Shown here: piece by piece, positions 34,892-46,138 of the stretch | How positions within the stretch are numbered: the stretch's first letter is position 1 | Layout of the letters: each line of letters begins with the position of its first letter | Origin: Squalus acanthias | Taxonomy: Eukaryota | Assembly (NCBI GenBank): GCA_030390025.1 | Contig: CM059433.1 | Coordinates: 25,546,001 to 25,610,000, forward strand | Reading direction: 5' to 3' | Length of the DNA: 64,000 bases | Notes under the pieces: model-generated | What the model was told of the DNA's origin: nothing | Database searches by the model: none | Seen by the model: only the letters and a program-made list of their open reading frames with translations | Position numbers and translations under genes: made by a program

Positions 34892-35481
34892 CTTCTCTTT
34901 GCCAGAAAAGTAATGAGGTACAGCAACGAAAGTAGCAGCAAAGTTAGGATGAACTAGGCAAAACTACCTCACAAAGCGTTGAGTCAATGTAGAAGTCTCT
35001 CTCTCTCTCTCTCCGAATCTCTCTCTCTCTCTCAGAACGAGTGGTGCATAAATGTCGACCACAGAAAAAGACAGGAAGAGGCCCCCTTTAAATAGCGCCC
35101 CCCCCAGCCCCAGACCGATTGATAACGTTCCAGTCTTCCGGTCGTTGGAAGCGCCAGGCGGTAAGGCAGGGGGCGCCACTCAATTTCCGCTCCGGGGCGC
35201 CCCAAGGGCGTTGCACCACGGACTGACGTCACAATCTGCGCGCGCAGGTGGTCGCAGCGGTAAGTTTTAGCGCCGCCGCACAATCTCAAGTTAAGTTCTC
35301 GAGCGGCGCAAACAGCGCCGCGCCTGGGCGTTAGCGCCTTAACGCCCCATTAGCGCCCATTTAAGGCGCTAACGGGAGGCGCAACCAACTGAATTTTTAC
35401 CCCAGTATGTCTTGTATTAATAATATCAGAAATCTGTTTATAGGATGATGTATTTCTTGGAATATGGCTTATTCCATTACA

Positions 35482-38014
35482 AGTAAATGCTTCAACAAAT
35501 GATACATACCACCATCTGTACCACAATCTTCACACACTGCCCAAAGCACCACACCCCAGCATTCACCCACCAACAATCTCTACCTAGTAACACTCACACC
35601 CACATCTCACACCTTGCACACAATGACAGCTATTCAACTATGGCAGGCATATCACCCAAACACATTGCTCCACACTCACTCACACACTTTCCTTTCTCTT
35701 GCAGGCCAAAGTGGCTCACAACAGGAGGGGCCAAGAGCGTACAGGCAGGAGACAAGCCAACACCCAACCACTGTCTGCGCTGGAGAATCGAGTGCTGAAA
35801 ATCATTGGGCGCCAGGTGGTGGATGCCGTGGCCACCGGCGACGTTGACCCCCTTGGGGACAACAATGGTATGTTCATCCCTACTCCTTCTCACATCCCAC
35901 TTCCCCATCACCCCACAAGCGTTTCACACTTTCCAGCTAATCATGCTGTATGCATGCATTTCTCCCTTCCTGCCCCCCTCCCCTCACCTTAACCCGACTC
36001 TTGTGCCTTTATGCTTTCAGATAATGAGCAAGCAGCTGAGCAGCCAGTCCCTGAGGGTACCACTGAGATCATGGCGGTAGAAGAGGAGGACAAAGAACAC
36101 ACCGCGTCACTGAATCTCTCACCCGCAGACACCAGCTCAGATACTTGGACTACGCGTTCTTTAGAGGCTAGTATAGTAGCAGGATCTGCACAGGTTGAGG
36201 CACCGGGGACGAATGGGCTGCAGCAAGGCCAGGGGGAAAGGGTAGCTCGTGGGCCAGCTCTCTGGAGGGCGTGTTCGCACGTGAGTCCTGCTGCACAGGA
36301 CTCAGATGAGGACCTCGATGGGGAGGTCTTTAGAAGAAGGGTGATGGGCATGCACACGGAGATGATAGGTGCAATGGCAAGGGTGCCCGAGAGCCTCTCG
36401 GCAATGGCAAGGAACGTGGAGGAGTCCACCTCCAACATTGCGCAGAGCTCTGTGCACACCATAGAGCCCATCATTTCCAGTCTGCAAAGAACGGAAGACT
36501 GTGGCGACCCAGACCTGATGCCGTGTGTGATGTGCGATCTGGCAGCTTCCATTGCAGCACAGGCGGAAGCGACGCAACGTCTTATTGCTGTAATGGAGTC
36601 TATGCTTGGTGGCATCCAATCTCAGACAGCTCTCATGCAGTCTCAGCTTGATGCCACGCAAGCTCTGACTGCTGCCATTGTGGCTGGGTCTACCACTGTC
36701 GACCAGGGCTTTCACAGTGTCACAGCAGGCCAGTAATCTGTGCTGCAACAGATTGCTAGGGATGCTGAGGTGCTGCCCTGGGGGAGTGATGGTGGGTCAG
36801 TGGAGCAGGAACCTGCTATTCACTCTCAGGATGACAGCATTCCTGCTCCCACCACTGCCACTCCGCCATTGCCCTCGTCGCTGCCTGTCATCCAGCCAAC
36901 CCAGACTGCTGCCGCCCATTCTGAGATGGTGCAGTCTACAGCCAGTTCCAGAGCTGGTTGAGGATATTCGGCAAGGCCATCTGAAGTCTCCCGCACGGAC
37001 ACTCAGCAGCCTTCCACCAGCCGTGCTGCAGCCACTGGGCCAACACTTCGTAGGAGCACTAGAGCAGGAAAAGGCACAGTAACGACAGGCACTAATGGAT
37101 TGCACAAGGGTGAAAAATAAATATTTTTGGTATAAATATGTATCCACTACTTTTTGATAAATTTATTACTTCACTTACCATTCTTTCTTGGTGTCTGTCA
37201 TTTCAGCTTTGCGGTGTGATATGGGCTGCGAGAGGGATGGAATAATGGGGATGTGGTGAGCAAAGGGGATCTGGGGTTTAAGTCATGTGTGAGGCTGGAG
37301 GTCTGGTTGCAGGAGGTGGCAGAGTTCTGTGACCTCCTCCTTGGTGAAGCGGAGCCATCTAATACACTGCTCCTCGCATAATTGAAAGTACGAGAAGTGC
37401 TCTCGAACACCCTCGGAGAGTAAGGCCTCCTGGTGAGAGCCCTGATGTTCCTCCTCATCCCTCTGCGCATATGTTCCCGTATTTCTCGCTGCCTACGCTC
37501 CCTCCACCATAGATCCTGGAGGGCGAGGTGGCATGCCAGTACAGCCTTCGTTAATGTTACGAAGTGTAGCAGTTTGAATCTTTGAAGAATAAATGTAGTT
37601 GCTTTTTAGTTGCCAGAAGACTCCTGATACAAAAGAAACTTGAAAACACTGAATGAAACTGTTGCAGTGGGTGAAACTAACAAAAAACCACTGAAACTGC
37701 ACTAACCTGACAGCTGCGAGTGATTACTCGTGATCCCTTTAAATAACATCCCTGGAGCTGGCTTCCTGGTGCTGCACGCCAGCTCTCCCTGTCGGTGTTT
37801 ACTCCAGGCGGTAAGGTAAGTGGCGAGAATCAATTTTTCAAATCGTTGCACATTCACTGATGTCACGATTTACCTGGCGTTGACGTACCTGGCGATACCT
37901 CTTACCGGCGGTGCTACAGGGTGGCTGGATTTGGTTTGCACCACTGGATTCGCCTCGCCCCGGCGATACTGGTCTAGCACCCCATTGGAGCCGCTAAGGG
38001 GATGAACTTTTCCC
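35482..38014. mobile_element. Decayed Harbinger: Myb exons 2-3 (+, ~35705-37110, with stops) and deleted transposase (-, ~37270-37540)
   Basis: AKVAHNRRGQERTG...; MHTEMIGAMARVPESL; QQPSTSRAAATGPTLRRSTR; RRPYSPRVF on minus; TIR-like GAACTTTTCCC at ~38014. Confidence 0.8.
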
Positions 38015-38148
38015 TTATGTTCTTTTGTGTTGCCATGGGGTCATAAGACCAGAACCTGAGTAAACCAAATTGCTGCGGATGTGGCATCTTTCTAATTGGA
38101 TTTGGGGGAATTGGGTGTAAGCCACTGATTGGTTCAGTAAGACTCCAT

Positions 38149-41100
38149 GGGTTGGAAATTCATTATAGCCAAGAAATGGGCACGGTTCAGACTAAAAATG
38201 GTTAAGTAGTGCCACCTGAAATTTGTCTAGGCTGCACACAAAATTTGTCCTCACTCCTCATTAAAATGATTGTCGTCATGATCCTCCTCTAAAAACTCAA
38301 GCTCATTGGTGTTATACTGAAAAGCTGGACCAATATCGGAGGCATCTAAATGCAAGTAATGATTGCTACAGGCTTTTTTCACTACTTAAAGGGGAGGTTC
38401 TTTGATGCTGTAGCATCTCATTCTCAGGATTGTTGGGTGTGCAGCTGCCTCAACAACCATAAGAAGAAGGACAAGGAGAAAGAGCACTTATTTACAAATC
38501 CTGATGGCAGATTGCTGCCCCAGGGAGAGAGCCTGAAGGTTTTCAGATGAAGCTTTGGAGGCATTGGTTTTAGCGGTGGAGAGAAGGTGGATGGTCATGT
38601 ACCCGGCAACTGGCAGGAGGCCCTCGGCACAAGTCTGCCGGATATGTGGAGGGAGGTGGCACACCACATCATGGGCAGCATTGTGTTCCCCAGGACCCAC
38701 ACCCAGTGCAGGAAGAAGTTTAATGACCTCACATGGGTGGTGAGGGTGAGTGAAGGCTTCAACAAATGCTACATACCACCATCTGTACCACAAGCTTCAC
38801 ACACTGCTCAGTGCACCACACCCCCCAGCACTCGCCCACCAGCAACCTCTACCTAGCAACACTCAAGCCTACATCTCACACCTTGCACACAATGACAACT
38901 ATTCAACTATGCCAGGCACAAGGGTGATTCGTTATTAGAATTCATGTGATATGTATGATATGTTTATAGATAAATTTATTAATTGTTTTTGGAATATTTT
39001 GTGGTATCCCTCATTTCAGCTTTGTGCCCAGGAGGATGCTGTGATGTGGCATGAGACAGGGATGGTATGATGGGAATGTGGTGAGCTACGGGGATCTGGG
39101 GTTTCATTCATGGGAATCGGAGTCTGATGAGCCAGTCACAGACAGCCCATACGGAAGGCCACTTGTCTCGCTGCCTCTGCCCTCCCTCCTGTTCCTCCCC
39201 CTCATTCTCATCCTCCTCTCATCGTCGTCCTCCTGAGGTGGCCCCGCAATCCCTGCTGGCAAGGGCTGTGCCCTCATGATGGCCAAGTTCTGGAGCATGC
39301 AGCAGACTACCACAAAATGGGACACCCACTCCAGCGAGTACTGGAGGGCTCCTCTGGAGCGGTCAAGGCAGCGGAACCGTTGCTTCAGTAGGCCAATGGT
39401 CTGTTCGATGATGCTCCTGGTGGCAGCATGGATTTCATTGGCCCAAAAATTAGTGCCGCTACGCGAGAGTACGCACTGCGTACTCTCGCGTATTCTGTCT
39501 CCAATTGCCGGTTTTCTGCATGCACTGCGCATGCGCTGAAAACCGGCACTTGGTGAATGGAAAAGGGGGCGGGTCCTAGGTGAACCGCGTGCGCGCTACA
39601 GGCTGCGCGCACGCTGTGCACTTAGTGGTTTCAACGCGCAGGTAAGTACGGAAGATTCTACACATAAAAAAAGGAGGAGTAAGACCCACTTTTAACAAGG
39701 TAAGTAGTGAATTAAGTATTATTTTGAATTTTTTTTAACAGGTATATCTTTTTTAGAGACTTTAAAGACAGGTAAGTTTATTTTTATAACTTTTTAAAAG
39801 ATTTTAAATTTTTCAAAAATTTAATTTTTTATTTAAAATGGTTAATTTATTTAACTATACTTATTTTATTAATGTGATGGGTTTTTAAAAAAATTTAATT
39901 GAGGTTTAGCGGTTCTTTTGGGGGGCTATAGTATTCATAACTTTCACAGCACTTATGTGAAAGTTATGAATGGAAGATGGTGTGCTGCCATTGCTCTAAC
40001 TGAGTCACGTGATCCCACAGCTCGCACGAATTAACTACGCCGGTGGGATACGCAAGCCCAGCACAGCAGCTGTCCAGAACATCAAGTTCGTGCGAGCTGG
40101 AACTGAAAAAGCCAACGCGGAGTGAGAGATCGCGGGGAGGCCTTACCCTCGCACGAAGGCTTCCTCACGAATTTTTGGGCCATTATATGAGTGCTGAGCA
40201 GGAGTGTTGCGGTTGCAAAGCACAGTCATGAGCCAGGTGGAAAGCGGATAGCCCTTGTCTCCGAGCAACCACCCTCGAGCTTGATGTGGTGGCTGGAAAA
40301 GGCTTCCAAATCTGGTGCAGGATGAAGGCATCGTGGCTGCTGCCAGGAGAGCGGGCATTGACATTGGGGATTCGCTGTGTGTGGTTCCAGACCAACTGCA
40401 CATAAAGTGAGTGGTAGCCTTTGCGGTTACGGAAGATCTCAGGATTGTTATGCGGTGCCCGCAAAGCCACATGGGTGCGGTGGATGGCGCCCTGCACCAT
40501 GAGGAAACCCGCTATCCTGGCAAAACCACATGCCCATGATCGTGAAGCTATTGTAGTCCCTTCTCCTACTGTCAAGAGCCTCAGTAACCTTCCGGATGCA
40601 GCGATGGATGGCGAACTGTGAGATGTTAGCTATGCCTCTTGCTACAGACTGGAAGGATCCGCTGGCGAAAGAAATTGACGGCCACAGTAAGAGCTGTGGT
40701 CGCCTTGGTCTGCGGCTGGTGGTCTGGTTGCAGCAGGTGGTAAAGTTCCGTGACCACCTCCTTGGTGAAGCGGAGCCTTCTAATACACTGGTCCTTGCTT
40801 AATTGAAGGTAGAAGTGCTCTCGGAATACCCTCGGAAGGTAAGGCCTCCTGTTGAGAGCCCTGATGGCCCTCCTCCTCCCTCTGTGCACGTGCCATCTTT
40901 CTCGCTGCCTCCACTCCCTCCGCCGTAGATCCTGGAGGGCGAGGTCGACTTCCAGGACAGCCCCAATGACTTTTAGCAAGTGTTGTAGGTTAAAGACTTT
41001 CAGGAATAATCATGGAGTTTTGTACTTGCCAGAACACTCCCTGATACCAAAGAACCTTGAAATAACTAAAGAAATCTCTTGCAGTTGCAGGAAGTAGCAC

Positions 41101-41472
41101 ACAGCCACTCAAACTGCAAAACCCTGTCAGCTGTGAGTGATTGGTGATGAACACTTCAAATAGCATTGCTGGAGCCGGTTTCCTGCTGGTGCACGCCACC
41201 TTAACCTGTCGTTGCTTTCTCTAGCTGGTAAGTTCAATGGCTATACCGAAGTTGGGAGATCGGGCGTCAAGTGAGCGTTGCACACTCACTGACGTCAGGA
41301 TCTCTGTGATTGCGATGTCCCCGGCAATCGAGTTTAGCGGCAGCGCTACCGGTAAGATGGATATGCGTGCGGCACTGAAACCAGCATCAGCTGGCGGTAG
41401 AGCTCTGAACGGCGTTTTAGCGCCATCTTGTGGCGCTAACGTGTGGCGCTAAACACACAAATTTCTCCCCCC
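38149..41472 (-). mobile_element. Decayed, internally deleted Harbinger
   Basis: Imperfect TIRs, TSD CAT (38146-38148, 41473-41475); Myb exon 1 at ~38510-38746 (+); frameshifted transposase ~39110-40970 (-). Confidence 0.85.
39440..40181. mobile_element. Harbinger-type MITE (742 bp) inserted in a transposase gene
   Basis: Perfect 12-bp TIRs GGCCCAAAAATT / AATTTTTGGGCC; TSD ATT; removing it restores SYNEIHAATR. Confidence 0.9.
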
Positions 41473-41807
41473 CATAGGTTTCGAATGAGAGTAAGGATAT
41501 AAGAAGGGGGTCTCAACAGCCACAAAGTGTGGAAGATTTCAGAAAGAGTAAACGATTTTAGGAAGATTCAAGGAGACACCCGAGAGACAAAGAGAGACGA
41601 GAGACACAGGGTGCAGCCTACTAACTGTTACGGCTTCTACCCAGAGGGTAACAGGGTAATATAATTCTCAATTATACTCTGTAAACTGCTGCTCGAATAC
41701 TGTAATGAATTAAATCTTGCTTGAGCTGAATAAAGTTAAATCATTGTCACCAATACGGGTCAACCTTGAATCATTTGGAACCAGGGTCCCTCTGGGATCT
41801 TACAAAT

Positions 41808-41826
41808 TGACGAGCTTAGCCAGGAG
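41808..41826 (+). other. Primer binding site, tRNA-Arg(ACG)-like
   Basis: TGACGAGCTTAGCCAGGAG versus TGGCGAGCCAGCCAGGAG (complement of the vertebrate tRNA-Arg(ACG) 3' end), 3 nt after the LTR CA. Confidence 0.7.
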
Positions 41827-41977
41827 GTTGATTGACAGTTGATTCTTTTATAAACTATTCGGGGCAAGCAAGATCCTAGGACTGACGTGGGTGATCACCT
41901 AGTCGGTTAAGTTAGGAAACCTTCGGGTGTGTAGGACATTGCGACTTACCAGTAGTAATAGCAATGAGTTAGTAGAC

Positions 41978-42260
41978 ATGGTGGGCTTGACAGAGGTTGA
42001 GCATGCCAGGGATAAAGAGTTTGGAAAATTATGTGTAACTGATTTAGTCTAGTTTCTGACGAGTCTGTAAGGAGACTCACATCAAAAGGCGATAGAGTGG
42101 GTCCAGAGCCAAGTGTCTCTCGGAAAGGTCAAGTTAGACAAAGGGAAGAGCTTGTTAGGCTATGCAGCACATTTCTGTGCGCAGTGCGGTGAAGCAAGAG
42201 AAGAGAAACATTTGGAAGCACAAAAAATAAGAGAGAGGGAAAAAGAATGCCAGCTAAAGT
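41978..42260 (+). pseudogene. Possible decayed gag 5' remnant
   Basis: Purine-rich reading frame with stops just downstream of the PBS. Assigned by position only. Confidence 0.35.
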
Positions 42261-42261
42261 A

Positions 42262-42745
42262 AGGCGAGGACTGCTGGATCCAGGAGGTAAGTGCCTTTAT
42301 ACTTACCTCCTGGATCAGCATCCCTGCCTCACCCAGCCCCTGCGGTCAGAGACCCCCCCCCCCCCAAGGCCTCCGATCCCCTCCATGAGGCCTCGGATCC
42401 CCCCCACGAGGCCTCTGATCGCCATGCTGGACTCACCCTCCAGCTCCGATCATCCCCCCCTGATGCTGCAGCTCCGATCCGACCCCACCTCCCCCGACCA
42501 GCCCCCGGCCCCCACCCGATCCCTCCCTCCCTCCTCTCTGCGGCCTAGTGCCGCAGGCATACCCGCCCGCAGCCAGCCAGCCTCTTCATCTGGCTGGCTG
42601 TGGTGGGAAACAGAGCTTTGAAATGCAAATCAGGCACTGCCATTAAATTCGACAGGGTCTGTGGGAAACCCGCTCTCTCAGGTTTCCTGACCACTTTCTA
42701 GCACACCCCCCCCCCCCCCCGCCCCGATTATTAAAATTCTGGCCA
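42262..42745. mobile_element. Right-end fragment of a Harbinger-type MITE
   Basis: Ends AAAATTCTGGCC; C-rich core with short CCGATCC repeats. Confidence 0.45.
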
Positions 42746-42867
42746 TTGAACCAGATGATGTAAACTGTTGAATGGATGGTAATTAGCTTAGTTAAATTAG
42801 TTGCATTAATAAATGTTTTATTGCTATATAAACTATGGTCCCTGACAATACTATTCAGAATCCTTAA

Positions 42868-43472
42868 CAGCCCATACTGTGCAGTAATTATTCAGGATTG
42901 AACACAGTAATTATTCAGGATCTAATACAGTAATTATTCAGGCTCTAACACAGTAATTATTCAGGATCGAACACAGCGCATACTGTGCAGTAATTATTCA
43001 GGATCGAACACAGCCCATACTGTGCAGTAATTATTCAGGCTCTAACACAGTAATTATTCAGGATCGAACACAGCCCATATTGTGCAGTAATTATTCAGGC
43101 TCTAACACAGTAATTATTCAGGATCGAACACAGCGCATACTGTGCAGTAATTATTCAGGATCGAACACAGCCCATACTGTGCAGTAATTATCCAGGATTG
43201 AACACAGCCCATACCGTGCAGTAATTATTCAGGATTGAACACAGTAATTATTCAGGATCGAACACAGCGCATACTGTGCAGTAATTATTCAGGATCGAAC
43301 ACAGCCCATACCGTGCAGTAATTATTCAGGATTGAACACAGTAATTATTCAGGATCGAACACAGCCCATACTGTGCAGTAATTATTCAGGATCGAACACA
43401 ACCCATACTGTGCAGTAATTATTCAGGATTGAACACAGTAATTATTCAGGATCTAATACTGCCCATACTGTG
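42868..43472. repeat. Two-module minisatellite (19 x 23-bp CAGTAATTATTCAGGATCGAACA and 12 x 14-bp CAGCCCATACTGTG)
   Basis: Direct parsing of the array. Confidence 0.95.
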
Positions 43473-44606
43473 CAGCTGCCTGCTGGGAGGCACATCACAT
43501 TGCACCTTCCTGCCTTTAGTGTGGGTTGAATTCAAAGCTAGGTTCCAGAGATGATAGAACATCATGCTAACCCACTGCAGCAGCCACTTGCTTCTACTTG
43601 CTAAATTAAATGCATTCACAATTATTTTTAATGAGCCATTCCCTTGCAAACAATGAAGTTAAGTACCTCTCTGAATGCACACAGATACTATCTCAACTAT
43701 CAAATTTCTTATTCGCTACAGAAAAAAGCATAAACTGACTCACAAAGATTATCGGAATCATGCCGACTTGAGAATTTTGTGAAATTAAAGCACCATGGCC
43801 TAGAAATTCCCTACCTTACCGTTGACCATTAGTGCTGTATTTCTGGGAAAAATGGTGGCTGCCTTGCTTCCACCGCTTCCGGCCCGGGACACGGCGGCCA
43901 CCATTTTGGTGAGGTCCATAGTGCTGCCACTGCCAGCGCTGGCCTCTCAAATTCAAATGAACAGATCGTGGCATCAATCAGCGTGCAACGTCTGATTTGA
44001 CGCACGACTGCTATTTTTGACGTCGCTGCAAGCCATAACGCCCTCTCCTGCAGCCCTGCAGAGACGCTGGCCGCAATTTTGCCAACATTCAGAGGGCAGG
44101 TTTGGAGGCGGGTCGGGAGTTAAAATCAAAATGATTAACAGCGGTTTGCGAACCCGCCGCCATCCCGCCTTCACGCAACTTTGCAAAGTGTCGGGTCTGC
44201 GAGTCCCGATCAGACCCAACACCAAATGGCAGGAGAGGCACTTAAGGCAGTTAGCAGCTTGTTAACTACCTAGATAATCCCTTTTTTACTGGCTCTTCCC
44301 ATTTTCCTACATTTTCAGCGTGTTGCCCGTTGTGCGACAAACACGCCAGCTGATTGTGTCGGGTTCAGCAACTCACTGAATTGTTGACAGCTGCTCCTGC
44401 AGCATAAAAACGGACGTTAACATGGCTCACTTTCAGATGCCAGAACTTTGTGCTTTGAGGTTTTGGAACACATTTTGCAGGTCTACTGAGCTTGTGAGTG
44501 TTTAAGCTGAGATCCATATGCACTGTGACTTCCTTGGAATACCCTCTGGCCACATTGACTGAGCGCTTATAACATCTCTTCCTCAACTGAGATATATACC
44601 AGCGGG

Positions 44607-45852
44607 ATGGGAACCATTTATCCCCTTTCATCCTGGTCCTCAGAATCGGAGGAAGAGCAGCCGAGGCAGCAGCAGAATCAGGCACAACAGCAACACCAAC
44701 AACAGGAGCGCCAACCTTCTCCTCAGCCACCTGATGCTGCACAGGGCAGAGGGCGTCAGCGCAGGGCTGCACCGCACCGCAGGAGATACCCCCAACACAG
44801 GGTTTACAGGCAGAGGATGAGCTTCCTCAACATGAGTGAGAAGCAGTACCAAAGAAGGCTGAGACTTTCGCGAGAGGTAGTCGCTGACATCTGCACAATG
44901 CTGCACCAACACCTGGAGCCCAGAGGAGCGGGTGGACACTCCTTACCAGTGGCTGTTAAAGTCACCACCGCACTCAACTTCTTTGCTTCAGGGTCCTTCC
45001 AGGGATCATCAGCAGACATCAGCGGCATCTCCCAGTCGGCCGCACACACTTGCATCACTCAGGTTACCAATGCCCTCTTTGCAAAGTCGCACAATTACAT
45101 CCACTTCTCCACGGGTGAAGCAAGTATAACTGCGTGTGCGGTTGGCTTCGCAAATATGGCAGACTTCTCAAGGGTGCAGGGCATCGTAGACTGCACACGT
45201 GTGGCCATTAGAGCACCCCATCACAACCCAGCTGTATTTGTGAACCGCAAGGGCTTCCACTCCCTTAACGTCCAGCTGGTGTGTAACCTCAGGAAGAACA
45301 TTATGCATGTTTAAACCAAGTTCCCTGGCAGTTGCCATGACTCGTTCATCCTGCGGCAGTCTACTGTGCCTCAGCTCTTCAATCCGCCAACCCAACTTTC
45401 CGGATAGCTGCTTGGAGACAAGGGCTATCCCCTGAAAAAGTGGCCAATGACACTGATGAGGAGGCCATAAAACGAAGCTGAGGAGCGCTACAATGTGAGC
45501 CACATTTCCACTAGAAGCATCATTGAGCAAACCATTGGCTTGCTCAAAATGCGATTCCGATGCCTCGACAGATCTGGTGGAGCCCGACAGTATACACCAG
45601 CCAGGGTCTCCAGAATCATCGTGGTCTGCTGTGCCCTGCACAACATCGCACAGCAGCATGGCTTAGCGCTGCCTGAGGAACAAGTGGCTCAGTGCACAGC
45701 TTCCTCGGAAGAGGAGGAGGAGGAGGAGGTGGAGGAGGAGGCGGCAGATGAGAGACGCCTTGCAGGGGGCGGATGTGCCAAATCCACCAGCACGCGACCA
45801 CATTGCTGGCCGTGAGGCAAGGGATGCACTCATCCATGCCAGATTCGCGTAA
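44607..45852 (+). pseudogene. Harbinger transposase with premature stops
   Basis: [22 protein letters not shown], stop at 45314, LLGDKGY, RSIIEQTIGLLKMRFRCL. Confidence 0.9.
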
Positions 45853-46138
45853 TTTTACACATCAACCACATGTGGCTGCCACAAGGAAATTAATGTCTGG
45901 CCGACCTTCTTAACATGACATATAGCATCTGTACAATAAACTGTGGTTTCCTATCACTCTCACCACCACCAGTACAGATGAAAGGCGCCCTGACCCCTCA
46001 CTGTGCAACTTCCATTTCTGAGCACACATAGGCCAACTCTTTGAATCTTTGCCATCGTTTTTCTTCAATACATTTATAATCACGATGACAAACGTTACTT
46101 TGTATGAGATGAAAACACCCAAGTGACTACCCTTGTGA

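Larger units (their letters stand above)
31170..35403 (-). mobile_element. Harbinger element B, apparently intact autonomous transposon (4234 bp)
   Basis: TIRs GGGGTAGAAATT / AATTTTTACCCC; TSD AGT (31167-31169, 35404-35406); both genes open. Confidence 0.95.
30135..35481. mobile_element. Rearranged third copy of the 1.3-kb LTR family, split by Harbinger B
   Basis: 30135-31064 matches the interior of 15210-16518 on +. The segments 31065-31169 and 35407-35481 together match its first ~190 bp on - (TGTAATGGAATAAGCCATATT). Confidence 0.75.
38018..41804 (+). mobile_element. 5' LTR of an ERV/Gypsy-like element (38018-38148 + 41476-41804), split by a Harbinger
   Basis: TGTT...TTACA; rejoining at TSD CAT gives GATTGG...GGATATAAG (CCAAT and TATA); AATAAA ~41729; PBS directly downstream. 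Confidence 0.7.

Noticed and set aside
42868..43472. CRISPR-like repeat/spacer appearance
   Set aside because: The 'spacers' are near-identical 14-mers, there are no cas genes, and the context is vertebrate.
42900..43472. RSS heptamer-like CACAGTA/TACTGTG repeats (also CACAGTG near 59871)
   Set aside because: No ACAAAAACC-like nonamer at 12 or 23 bp and no V/D/J segments.
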